A stretch of 62,905 bases of DNA, the filler included, from Saprolegnia diclina VS20 (taxonomy: Eukaryota): assembly GCF_000281045.1 (NCBI RefSeq). It is 7 parts of 3 records of this genome, joined end to end, with 100 filler letters (N's around TTAATTAATTAA, not from the genome) between each part and the next. Parts side by side here need not be neighbours in the genome. Positions count along the whole stretch, not along the records: positions 12,940 to 43,122 come from NW_008246113.1; 6 more parts are not named here. The stretch is one strand, 5' to 3'. The notes under the pieces are model-generated. The model was given only the letters and a program-made list of their open reading frames with translations. It did no database searches and was not told the origin of the DNA. The position numbers and the translations under genes are program-made. Below are positions 24,253-35,956 of this stretch, one piece after another; position 1 is the first letter of the stretch; every line of letters begins with the position of its first letter.

Positions 24253-26400
24253 CTAGCCTACGGAGCGCGACACTGCCGACATATTGGAGAGAAGCTGATA
24301 GTCACAGTACGACTCGCACGCTGCCAGACGCAAGTTCGGGTCCACGCCGTACGTGTCACCGTACTCGCTCTTCAACATGGCTTCCGGGTGTTGGATGCCA
24401 GGCACGGGACTACCAAAGATCGTGTGGTTGCACGTCAGCGGAAATACTTGGGACGCGTTGAGCTTGACCCAGGCCGTCTCGACCTCGACACGCGCGCTGG
24501 CCGGCTCGTACTCTTTACGCCACATGTACAGATCCAGGTACGGCGTGCCATGCATCGACGAGTCCGTTCGGGTTTGCTACGCAAAAGACGCAATGAGACG
24601 CTGCCACGTAAGATTTGAAAGACCTACATTCGGCGCATACAAAAGCGACGCGAGCGGGTGGTGCGACGCGAGGCAGGCGCGGTGGATATCGTGCACAAAG
24701 GCATAAAAGCCCCGGGCCCACATCATATCTTGGACGAGGGTCCAGTTTGTAAAGGACGGAAGGACGACGTCGACATCGGCCGTGTGCGGAATGATGGCTT
24801 CGTCACGCCACGCGCCTAGTTTGAGTAAGTATTTGAGTAAGTCGCATAGTTCTTTATAATGCGTACCAAGTAGGGTGCCAAAGTAGACAAACGATGGGAG
24901 ATGGAGCTCTTCCACGACCTCGAGCATGTTTTCGAGCAGCAGCTGGAGCACGGCCGATCGGCACGGCTTGCCTTGCGGCGTCTCAAAGAGCGTCGACTTG
25001 ACGCCGCGCCGTGCGCCACACTGCTGCGGCTTGATTGGGATGCAAAACTCCCACCCATTTCCTTCGCGGAGTTTGGTCGTGTTGCTGAACGGTGTAATGT
25101 TCAGAGCGTGCGCGGGCGAGATGTTGAGCGGCAAGGGGTGCTCCAAATACGTGGCTAGTCGAGCGTTGTACTCGGCATCGTCGCGCCGCGGACACTGCGC
25201 GACTTTGGCGGGGACGTCGCGTTGATATGCCGGGGTGTCGTGGTCGCAGAGCGCTTGACAACTCGGGTTGGGGTACACGAGCATCGCCGCGTCTACGTCC
25301 TTGCTTTGCGCTGCCGAAACGATCGTCTCGGGATGCTCCGGTGCCCGAATGACCACGTCGTAGAGCGAAAGGCATGTGGATGGCGCCACTTGCTCGTTGT
25401 GACGCTCCCAACGCAGGTGCGGCGGCAGCACGTCGGGGGGCGCATCGCCAGCGTTCACGACAGTGGCGAGTGCGTGGTGGCGTGCCATGCACGTGACGGT
25501 GTCGCCACTCGTCTCGTCGTAAAAGTGGGCAAAACCGCGGGCCCACAGCGCGGCGCTGAGATCGTCCGTAGTGTTTGTGAGCAGTACCTACATGGAGACA
25601 ATGTATTTAAATGGCATTCTGTTGATCGACGTACGCGAGCCGTGGGCATCTGTGGCGGCAGCGCGCCAAAGACCCACACATGCTGGAGCGCAGCACCCGT
25701 GAGCACAGCCGATCGCCCGCGCTCGCGCACAACCTAGCACGCACTTGGGACTCGCGCTGCACAAATAATAGCGAGAATAGGACGCACGGCTATCGCCGTC
25801 GCGAGTAGGTGGTGCACGATCGCAGATCGGCACGGCGGATGCTGGGTGAAGAGCGAGTCTTGAGAGCCCGCAGTAACACCGCAGACGACGGTGTGCAGCG
25901 GAAGGCAGTCGGACCAGGATCGCGCTCTCAGTTCGTCGTACGTCGCCACGCTAGCCATGAAACATCTCGGTACAAAGCAAGCATGCGACCGGAATGGCGT
26001 ACCGGAGCAGCGACTGGATCATCGGGGGCGGCTGAATCAGGCTCTCCACGAGCGCATCGTAGCGCTCGGTAAAGCTACGGCTTTGATAGACGCAGTTGTC
26101 TGCTTCGGGCGTTGGCACCACGATGGCTGTGGTGACTGGTTCGGGCGTCGAGGTGGTGTCTGTTTCTTTACGGTGGGAGGTCCTAGCACATGTGTTGAGA
26201 AAGCGTCTACGCTAAATGCGTCGTACTGGTCCACGGGTATCGTAGGACCGGCGTCGGCTTGAAGCTCCGCCTCACACTCGTGCGACGGCTTCGAGATCGT
26301 CGGGTCGGTGCCAGATCAAAAGAAGGCACATTACTGTCATGTAGATGCAAGCACCGACAATCGCCCGCCTCTGGAGCGTGGGTGTGCAGGTTGCTCTCAT
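24253..26400 (-). CDS. LicD/fukutin-family nucleotidyltransferase-fold protein, paralogue A (type II membrane anchor)
   Basis: N-terminal anchor AIVGACIYMTVMCLLLIW; YFGTLL|GAWRDEAIIPHTADVD; GTPYLDLY; SEYG. Confidence 0.8.
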
Positions 26401-26985
26401 CGTCAAAGTCGAAAACTGCGCGCGCCGACAAGCGTGCATGATTGCAAAGCTTCTACGGTTTGTTGGTGTCGACCGCCGGATAAAAAGATTCCGCGATCTT
26501 GTTGGTCCCAATCACTGTTGGTCCAATATGACATTACTGTAAACGTATAGTCAGAGGGACACTCTAGTGTAAATGCATCCATGTTATTACGCAAGAAAGA
26601 ACGACAGCAGTGCCTCGCATTTGTTTGCGAGCCGAATCGAAAGAAGAAGGTTGCAGACTGTGAGGGGCTGCAACGAACTTTCGAATAAATAAAGAAAACG
26701 AGGTTTCCAATCGCGGTACTTCCACACGCCTCGTCGCTTCCGAGCTCAAGATCCATGGAACCTCCTGATCGCTAACGTCGTTGTTGCCATGGTACTAGTA
26801 TCCTGAACAGCCATCAAAGCCAGGGTGCCTTCCATATCCGGATATAGTGCAGTTTGTTCGAACGATGATGATGACTGCCGGGGTAGTCAAGCACTATCCA
26901 CGTCTGATTTCTTTTTCACGCTGATAGACAACCTTCTATTTAGTTTTGCGCATTCGCCAGGTCGGGTACAGAACCCGACCTATTA

Positions 26986-27855
26986 GGGGGTTTCAAAGTT
27001 GAAAATGGAGATTTCAATGGAGTTCGAAAAAATGAACTTTCGAAAATACGGCGCGCTGATTGGACAAAAAGGAAGCGAATTTCTCCCTTGTCGAGGCAAC
27101 TCCATTGCAATCTCCAGGGTCGATTTTGGGCCATGGAGCGAGTCCATGATGGAGAGAAGTGAGGCCATCAAATTTCGCAAGGTTTTTGAGAGCGCGCGGC
27201 CGCGCTGTTAGACGCGGCGGGCAAGAAGGTCAGGTAGTCTACTTGAACAGGGGCATGTGCGCCAAGCCAGCGCGCATGCGAGCCGAGTAGTCCTACAAGG
27301 ACATGCGCGGAAGGCTCTCTGCAGCCGACCGTGAAGAACGTTTCATCAACATCGAGACGAAGGACGATGCCACGAGGGCGACGTCCGCTATGCCCAACGA
27401 CACCCACAACCTGGTGCGCAACCAAGACGATGCAGATTGTTCTTTACTGCAAGACCATTGATATGGCAGCGGACCTGTTGAGAGGATCTCAAGAGGAGGT
27501 ACGCTGGCGCAAGGACCGCCATGTCCTCGGCCCGGGACGTCATGCAATGAAAACGAATCAAATTATGGACGCATTTCGGCCACCGGAATGCCTCCGGAAA
27601 GCAAACACGTTTTATTGGCTATAAATCAAGCGATTTTTGGCGAGGCCATTGCCAATGGCTTTTTCTCTATCAAAGGCCGAGCGCTTTGGGGCATAGAATG
27701 TATTGGTGCCCCGCTCGTCTGGTGGCGGGCGAGGCGGGTTTAGCAGTATGCTATACAGGCTGCAAATCGGGAAATGATTCGGCCTTCCCACAGAACACAC
27801 CTCTTGCACTACTGCACTTAAAATTGCCCTTCCATTTTTCACCTTTGAAACCCCC
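26986..27855. mobile_element. PIF/Harbinger-like non-autonomous element (MITE), 870 bp
   Basis: TIR GGGGGTTTCAAAGTTGAAAATGGA matches the reverse complement of 27831-27855; TTA target-site duplication at 26983-26985 and 27856-27858. Confidence 0.75.
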
Positions 27856-28361
27856 TTATGAACAGGGTCGGGTTCTGTGAAGGAGCCATGGCTTTAGAAA
27901 CCTCGCTGCAACATCATCTTGTTTCCATTTCGCGGATGGACCATCACTAAATACTAGAACCCTCTGCCAGATCGAGCTTGTGCCGACGGCGCTCGGGACC
28001 AACAAGGAGAGGTGCTCGGCACCACCAGCGATTTTTCGAACGAGCACAGTATGAAGGTGCCGCGTAGGAGAGAGTACAGTGTATCGGCTCCCTGAGTGGC
28101 TTTTTCGCCAGAGTCAGGTGACCACAATGTTAAACATCACACAGTGGCCAACGCATTTTAGCATTTCCCCGGCGCAATCACGACTACATCCATGTGTCGA
28201 TAGGACCATGCGGGCCCCGAGCGATACTACTGTAGTCTCGGAGCAGAGATGGAGAAGGTTGAGATTCCGTCGGTACAGCAGCTTTGAAAATCTCGAACAC
28301 TGTCGCGACTGGTCGGTTGGGGCTATTTCAACCAAACCGTAGAAGAACACTTGCCAACAGG

Positions 28362-30608
28362 ATGGCGGACATCCACGATCGGCTGCCCGATACGGCGTTG
28401 GACTCGGAGCCCGAGGTTGGCTTGCTCTCGCACGTGTCGACCGAGGCATCGAGCGACCATGCGCCGACGCACAGCTACCGGCCCGACATTGACGGCCTCC
28501 GGACGCTTGCAGTTGTCCCCGTCCTCATCTTCCACGCGTACCCGACGCTCCTTCCAGGCGGCTTCATTGGCGTCGACATCTTCTTTGTCATTTCCGGGTT
28601 TCTCATTTCCGGGATTCTCTTCAAGGAGCACAAGCGCGGCAGCTTTACGTACGGCAGCTTCTACGAGCGCCGCGTCCGCCGTATTTTCCCGACGCTCATC
28701 ATCGTGCTGAGCGCGACGCTCTGGCTCGGGTACCTCTACCTCATGGCGCCCAAGCTCAAGCTCATGGCGGCGACCATGTTTGCCGGCACGCTCTTCAGCG
28801 CCAACCTCCAAGTGCTCTCGCTCGAGAAGGCGTACTTTGATCTGGGTGCGAACCCGGTGCTGCACCTCTGGTCGCTCGGCGTCGAAGAGCAGTTCTACAT
28901 TCTATGGCCGTGCTTTTGCGCGATCCTCGTGAAGCTCTCGCACAAGCGCGCGCTTGTGTTCCAAGTGGCCTTTATGGCCTTGAGCTTTCTGATCAACGTT
29001 GCATTTCTCGGCTACCGCAGCAACAAGGTGTCGTTCTACATGCCGCTCTGCCGCTTTTGGCAAATGTCCATGGGTGGGCTCCTTGCGTACGTCACGTCCC
29101 ATGCAGCGGTATCGTTCACGCTGCTCCAGGAGCCCGGTACTGCATCGTCGCCGAGTGCAGGCGCATGGACGTCCGGTCTCGGGCTTGGCCTCGTCCTCAT
29201 CGGCTTTGCTGCCATCGACGAGCATCGCGCGTTTCCCGGCTTTTGGGCGCTTCTTCCAACCACCGGTGCGACATTGCTCATTGCCGCAGGCCCGCATGCG
29301 CCGTTCAACAAGTACGTCCTAAGCAACTTTGTGGTTGTATACATTGGCAAAATCAGCTACTGTCTCTACCTCTGGCACTGGCCGCTCCTTGTCATTTTCG
29401 GCGACCGGTACCCCGCGTCGGCGCCGCGCCCGTTCTTTGCCGAGCCGTGGATTCTGCTCCTCGTCTCGGTAGTCTTGAGCATCGCGACATACGAAGACGT
29501 CGAGCTGCGGCTCCGCCGACGCAAAGCCAAGTGGATCACGCCTCTTCTCGTGCTGTGTGTTGTCGGCCTCGCGGTGGTATCGGCCATGGTGCACGCCCAC
29601 CCGTCGGACTTTTCGCTGATTGAGATTGGCCTGCGCAATGTGCCACACGCGCCACCCCGCGTCGTGGAGAAAGGGGTGACCGGTCCTACTGTCGGGAACG
29701 TGCCTGCGTCGTTGCAGCAAGCGCGGGCGGCCATTTACGATGGCGACTGGCAAAAAGGGCTCAGTGAGTGCCCGAAGGACTCGCCGTACCTAAAAAAAGC
29801 AACCTACCCCGCCAACTTTCGTACGCGCGACAACTACTTTCTTCCCGGTGGCGTCTTCCTCGTCAACCCCGGCCACGAGAAGGACAACGGCCTCTTGATT
29901 GTGCTCGGTGACTCGCACTCGGACATGACCAAGCCGCGCCTCGCCCAGCTCTACGACGACGCCGTCGCCCAGAACGACACCAATTTCCCGACGATTGCGA
30001 TCAATAGCTGGTCCGGGCGGCCGCTCATGCCGTGCCGGGCCGAGTACTACGCCAACTTGGCCATGGTCAAGTCGGTCAAGCCCCAGGCGGTGCTCCTTGT
30101 CCAGCACTACTACCAGTACGTGCACCCGACGGGCCCCGACTCGCTGCCGTATACGGCGCCGCCCCAGTGCTGCTACGACGATGACCGTCAATGCCCCGAG
30201 CAATCCGTGCACGACGTCAATGCCATGTGGTCGATCATGGAGAAGGATCTCAAAGAGCTTACTGACATGGGCATCCACGTCTTTGTCGTCGATCAAAGCC
30301 CCGAGTACGAAGCGATGAACCCGTCCTCATGGATCTCGGGCGACACGGTGACGATGCCCAAGCCCATGTACAGAAGCGCCTTCAACCGCGAGTACAAGTG
30401 GCTCCTCGACCCGCTGCATGCAATGGTCAAGGGTGCCGGCGCGACGCTCATCGACTACGCCGACAACTACTCGCTCGGCGACGAAATCATGATCACCGAC
30501 GCCGACGGGTACCCGGTCATGTGCTACGGCTTGCATCTCAACACGCATTTTGCGCGCACGTACCTCACCGTCATTGACCAAGTCGTGGCTGCCGCACGCC
30601 TCCATTAA
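28362..30608 (+). CDS. Acyltransferase-3 + SGNH fused O-acetyltransferase (OafA/OatA-like), intronless
   Basis: YRPDIDGLR..H, GVDIFFVISGFLI, FYERRVRRIFP, HLWSLGVEEQFY, ISYCLYLWHWP, then SGNH block I GDSH and a C-terminal ..HLN. Confidence 0.92.
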   Translation: MADIHDRLPDTALDSEPEVGLLSHVSTEASSDHAPTHSYRPDIDGLRTLAVVPVLIFHAYPTLLPGGFIGVDIFFVISGFLISGILFKEHKRGSFTYGSFYERRVRRIFPTLIIVLSATLWLGYLYLMAPKLKLMAATMFAGTLFSANLQVLSLEKAYFDLGANPVLHLWSLGVEEQFYILWPCFCAILVKLSHKRALVFQVAFMALSFLINVAFLGYRSNKVSFYMPLCRFWQMSMGGLLAYVTSHAAVSFTLLQEPGTASSPSAGAWTSGLGLGLVLIGFAAIDEHRAFPGFWALLPTTGATLLIAAGPHAPFNKYVLSNFVVVYIGKISYCLYLWHWPLLVIFGDRYPASAPRPFFAEPWILLLVSVVLSIATYEDVELRLRRRKAKWITPLLVLCVVGLAVVSAMVHAHPSDFSLIEIGLRNVPHAPPRVVEKGVTGPTVGNVPASLQQARAAIYDGDWQKGLSECPKDSPYLKKATYPANFRTRDNYFLPGGVFLVNPGHEKDNGLLIVLGDSHSDMTKPRLAQLYDDAVAQNDTNFPTIAINSWSGRPLMPCRAEYYANLAMVKSVKPQAVLLVQHYYQYVHPTGPDSLPYTAPPQCCYDDDRQCPEQSVHDVNAMWSIMEKDLKELTDMGIHVFVVDQSPEYEAMNPSSWISGDTVTMPKPMYRSAFNREYKWLLDPLHAMVKGAGATLIDYADNYSLGDEIMITDADGYPVMCYGLHLNTHFARTYLTVIDQVVAAARLH

Positions 30609-32344
30609 GTCCAAATTTATAGATAAACCATTGTTTGCTGTCCAGCATTCGCGTAACTAGTGCAATGCAGAGCCGTGGACGTGTGATAGGTCAAGGGAAT
30701 ACCGTCATGCACTAAATATAAGCACCGTCAAATGATACTGCAGCTGCGGCGGGGAGCTCCGGCAGTTGGGGCTAAGAAGCATGAAATGATTTCACACCAG
30801 CGCCTTCTCGAGTACTCGAGCGCTTGGATCTGTTGCGACAACAAGGCGCACTGTACTTCCCAGGACTCGAAGTCCTGGTGATGATGACGTGAGTGCACGA
30901 CGCATCACGCGTGCTACTGCAGGGCGTGATGGTTGTCGTAAACACTGACCTCGCCAACTTCGGCAGGCTTGAACGCGTCCCGTGGGTGCTGGTCCGTTGG
31001 CTTCTTGCGCCCCGAGCACCACCACGCGCTTTGCACGCTCCTTCACTGGAGGCTTTGGCTTGGCAACTTCAGCTTCGCGCGTCGTTGCAGATGGACTGGA
31101 CGAGCTGGATATGGAGTCTCATCACCAAGCCCAATTGGCGCAAATGTTGAGCCGGCGGGCGCTGCGCGCTCTAGAGAGTTGTAGCAAGTTTGTCATAGCC
31201 GCTGGTGGAGAGTTGACGGACGGCGAGACGTCCTTGTGTGCCTCTTATTGTGTCCTGACTGTCAAAAGTATCGGCGTGAGGAGCAGTGACCTTGATGGCA
31301 GCGAGAAGAGACTCGCAAGCTGCCTTCATGTGCTTGGTGTCCATGTAGCGGCCGTGTCAGTGCAGCCGTTCGTCTCGTCGATCCGAACATCGCTGTGGTC
31401 CGTCGAGATAGCATACGAGTGTAGAAGAGACTTCCGCTCCATGGTCATCTGGCTCGTTTGTGCGTACTCGATCTTGACGAGCTCGTCCTTGACGCAGTCC
31501 GCCGGGCTCAGTGCCGGACGAGCCAACGTGCAACAGTAGCTGCCTTGAGAGCAAGCGCTGCAGCGGGAAGGTTCGCCAGTATTGCGCGGAAGACTCGTTT
31601 GTTGCGCTCGAGCCCAACACAATGCCAATACCAACAGACCATTATTCCACGCATTTCGATACGCGGGTGGGCTCAGGAAAGGGTCCCGCCCAGGGGACGA
31701 GTGGCGGGTTGGTTCACGGGAGCTGAAATCTAAAATGCGCGTGGCTTCGCAACCCCCGAAATGCTTGTTTCGGCTGCTTGCGCCGCAACACACCCACTTT
31801 ACACGCTAAATAAATTGCTGGTCTGTCTTCGTTGGGAACGCTGGGTTGAGATCAAAGGACAATCCGCCGGACAAGGTATGGTAGAGCCGACGAAGAGCGG
31901 GCAACTCGGGCTCTTGAACGAGGTTGCAAAGTGCAGTTGAGCTGCCCGCGCCGCCTTGACGGCAATCGCCATGAGCTTGGCACGCCTTTCAGAAGATGCG
32001 ATCGTTGCCGTCTCGCCAGATGTTGAACCAGACACGGAGGTGGCGGATCGGTGCTGACGTAGAAGTAAAGAACCAGAATTGGCCCGGACACCGAGCAAAG
32101 AGAGATGCAGCATCGGCTTGGTCTCAAAATGGCTTGGTCCCATGAGTCGAGCCTGCCCTCACGTGGGGTTTGTGTCACCAGCCGATAGCTCCAGCGCAGC
32201 ATTACACCTCGGACAAAGCTGCCGGACAATACAGCTGTTGTTATGGCTTCGAAAGTTTCGACGCTGGACCAAGAGAATTACAAACTTTTCCAATACAATA
32301 GTCACACAGTTTTATTCCATCTGCGTCAGTACTAGCGTCTCTTT

Positions 32345-32392
32345 TTGGCTACATAGTATGTAGCCAAGAATGACTATGTAGTACATAGTCAT
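32345..32392. repeat. Two adjacent 23-bp palindromes
   Basis: TTGGCTACATA-G-TATGTAGCCAA (32345-32367) and ATGACTATGTA-G-TACATAGTCAT (32370-32392). Confidence 0.9.
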
Positions 32393-32616
32393 CCTACCCA
32401 ACTGTTCTGCACAAGCCGGCATAGGTTGCGCGTGGTGGTCGTCCAGCAACACACCTTTGACCCGGGCCTACCCAATAAAAATACAATAAATAATCCATAC
32501 AAATGATAAAAGATACGTTATCATTGAAATAAAAATACGGATGGGGTCCTACCAAAAAGGCCACCAGCTGTTGACGCGCAACCAAAGCGCTGGCTCAGCA
32601 TTTCAGAGTTGCCGCC

Positions 32617-34728
32617 ATGAAGGTCGCGTGGCCACGCCTTCTGAAGGGACCTATGATGCAGCGCTTGACGCTCGCCGGCGTCTGCGCCTACATGCTTGCG
32701 GCCATGACGGTCTTCTTCGTCCACCGCCAGTACACGGCGACCACCTATCACAGGTACCGCTGTCAGCAACCACCGTGGTCATCACCGTTGTGGTAGCCAT
32801 GCATCGAGCCACACACCACTGCGGCACGCCGACTGCAGCTACCAGACAACTGCCTTTGCCGAGCGGTATGAAGCTATCTATGCAAGCGCACCGTCGCCGC
32901 CAACGTCGCTGCAAGCCCTGCGACGGTACGCGATTTATACAGGCCGTCTTGGCTCATTTTGCGTGTTCTTGTAGCCACTCGGATGCGCAGACGCAGCGAT
33001 CGTGGGCCGACTGTCTGCCCATGCGCACGGTTGTCTGCGGTGTCAACGCCGGCTCGCAAGACTCGCTCTTCACCCAATCACCGCCGTGCCGGTCCGCGGT
33101 CTTGCACCACTTGGTCGTCGCGACTGCCGCCGTACGTTTCCGCTCGTACGTCAACGCATCTCATGCAAGTGTGCTTCTTGCAGGCCATCGAAGAGCGAGG
33201 TCATGCCGCCATGCCGATTGGCTCGGGTCTCCAACACGTCTGGGAACACGGCGCGCTGCCACCCAACGCTAAGGCCATCGACGTACGACACCCGACCGAC
33301 ATGTAGATCTGCGCAGGTTCATTCCGGTGCAATGCTCTTAGATGCTCACGGACGCCTCGATGGACCTCACAGCATGGCTTTGGGCCCGGGGGTTGGCCCA
33401 CTTTTTCGACAAGACGGCCGGCCGCGCGGTCACATGCATGGCACCCCACCACACGCTCGCGACTCTTCTCTACGCGGACGAGGCAGTGGATGGGACGCCA
33501 CCGCACCTGCGCTGGTCGACACTGCAGACCATCAAGGACCAGTTGCACATTGCGCCTCAGAAAGAGCATGTATACCGGCGCGCCCAGCTGACTCCGCTAG
33601 CGTGCTTGCCACTCTACGACGCGTCGATCACGGCGCCATCGCACTCCCCAACGTTCTTTACAGCCGCCCAAGGCATGCGGCAGCACGACGACCACGACGT
33701 CAAGGGGCCGCGGCCACACTGCGAAGCGCTCTGTGAAGACGACACGCTCTACAGCCTTCGCGACGTTAAAGCCAACGTGCCTCACTGCCCGCTGCGGGAT
33801 GACGCCGAGTACAACGCGCGCTTGGCCACGTACTTAAGCCATCCATTGCCGCTCCAGCTCAACGACGACCACTTGCCGTACCTCACGCCGTTCAGCAACA
33901 CGACCAAGCTCCGCGAAGGCAAGCCGTGGGAGTACTGCATCCCGATGAAGCCGCAACAGTGCGGTGCACGACGCGGTCTCAAGCCGACGCTCTTCGAAAC
34001 GCCGCAAGGCAAGCCATGCCGGTCGGCTGTGCTCCAGCTGCTGCTCGAAAACATGCTCGAAGTCGTCGAAGAGCTGAATCTCCCGTCGTTTGTCTACTTT
34101 GGCACCCTACTCGGTATGCATTATGAAGAACTATGCGACATGACGACTAACTAAAATGTGCTATTAGGGGCATGGCGTGACGAGGCCATCATCCCGCACA
34201 CCCCCGACATTGACATTGTCCTGCCGTCGAGCACGGACTGGCCAAGAGTGCAAGACGCCATGTGGGCCCGGGGCTTTTACGTGTTTGAACGTGATATCCA
34301 CGGCGCGTGCGTCGCATCGCACCACCCGCTCGCGTCGCTACTATATGCGCCAAACGTACGTTGCTCGCTTGCTACTTCTCAACGTTTCGATTTTCTAGTA
34401 TTTTATACCCTAGCACACGCTCGTGACGACAAACCAGTCGGTGCATGGGACGCCGTACTTGGACTTGTACATGTGGCGGCGCGTCAAGGACCGCAAGATC
34501 CACGTCGAGACGGCCCAAGCCGAGCTGCCCGTGCCGCACATGTTTCCGCTCACATGCCACGAGACGATCTTTGGCAACCACGTGCCGAGCATTCAGTTTC
34601 CGGAAGCCATGTTCCGGTCCGAGTACGGGTCGACGTACGCAACGGACCCGAGACTGCACTTGGCGTCATGCGAGTCGTACTGCGACTACCAGTTGCTCGA
34701 CAATATGACGACTCCCAGCGCACCGTAA
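32617..34728 (+). CDS. LicD-family protein, paralogue B
   Basis: MKVAWPRLLKGPMMQRLTLAGVCAYMLAAMTVFFV anchor; YFGTLL|GAWRDEAIIPHTPDID; GTPYLDLY; stop 34728. Confidence 0.85.
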
Positions 34729-35956
34729 TCTTGGTAGCAAGGTCGTCTCGTATACTGCGTCCAGTGTTTTTGTGGTGCAAGACCGTCTTGGCTCATGACC
34801 ATCGCGACATGTATGCATGACAATATCGTCTTGGTTGGACGTATGGGTAACACTGTCATTCGCGAAACGATACCTCTCTCGCTGTCGGGAACGCTCGAGC
34901 GTTTTGATGCGCCAAGGACCCTAACCCTAATTACGCCAACCGGGCAACGCCGTCGATTCGATGCCGGAGCCGATGCCATGGCACGTTCGTGCAACCTTGA
35001 CTGCCGAAGAACTGCCTCGTGTGGGAGTCGTGCGGTCGAGACGGTGCACAGATGTCCAAGTCGCGAACAACCGGCGACCAAGCGAAAGGTGCTTGGTCGC
35101 TCGTTGTGGGCGATGACCGGTTTTGCAGACAAATACGGGACATTGTTTCGTCATCGTGGTCGTATCTGGTCGTTAGGTTGTATGACAGACAGTGCTCCAA
35201 GGCAGTCCTGTCCACAAAGGCAACGGGTGCAGAGATCGCGTCATGTCCTACGTCGAGTGTCCATGGTGGGATGCGACGTGTCATATGGCTGTGCATGAGG
35301 TGGTAGCGCAAACGTTGGACTCGAGTCTTTCTAAGGGTACCTGCAGCAACAACATACTCTCACCAAGAGGACGCTGTAAGCGACGGAACCCCATAAAGAA
35401 CCATTAAAGCCCGAGGACTGGGTCCCTTGTGTAGTATCGTTCTGCCATCGCGCCCATTGATAGACACCGTGGTATAGTACCTGAGTACTGAAGGTGGTAC
35501 GTCTTTTCGACGACATCCAGCGCCTGTCTAGCCCATTACGTCCCTCCTACAGCTTTTTTCACCGAACACGACCAAGCCCTCGACACGTCAGCCCTTGCGG
35601 TTCCGAGTACTAGAGCTCTGTGTACGACTACAGACGTAGGCAGAGCGGCCATTGCGGTCGACATGCCACGATATCCTGTGCTCCTGCTGTACGCGACCTG
35701 CACTATCGCATTCGGTCAATGGATGCCAGCAGCTTGGCAGGCATGCGTTGACCCGGCCTTTCTTAGCGTCCACATTTGAATGGCCCCCCCATTGTGCTTG
35801 ACCACCAGGGTCGGCCCAAAATAATGCAAATACAACTTGGCAGTTGTTTGCCCCTCCCAGAGGTGGGTCCTACTAAAACACAGAAACACAGTGCGAAGCG
35901 AAGGACCAGCTGGAGCTTCGACCGACCGCGCTTGATGGCACATTGGATTCGGCGCC

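Noticed and set aside
28362..30608. Bacterial contamination as the source of the OafA-like gene
   Set aside because: Contiguous without gaps with intron-containing genes, similar codon style, and it has a local paralogue
30772..32229. Fragmentary ORFs between AT3-SGNH and LicD-B
   Set aside because: Multiple stops and no domain motifs; possibly decayed sequence but unassignable
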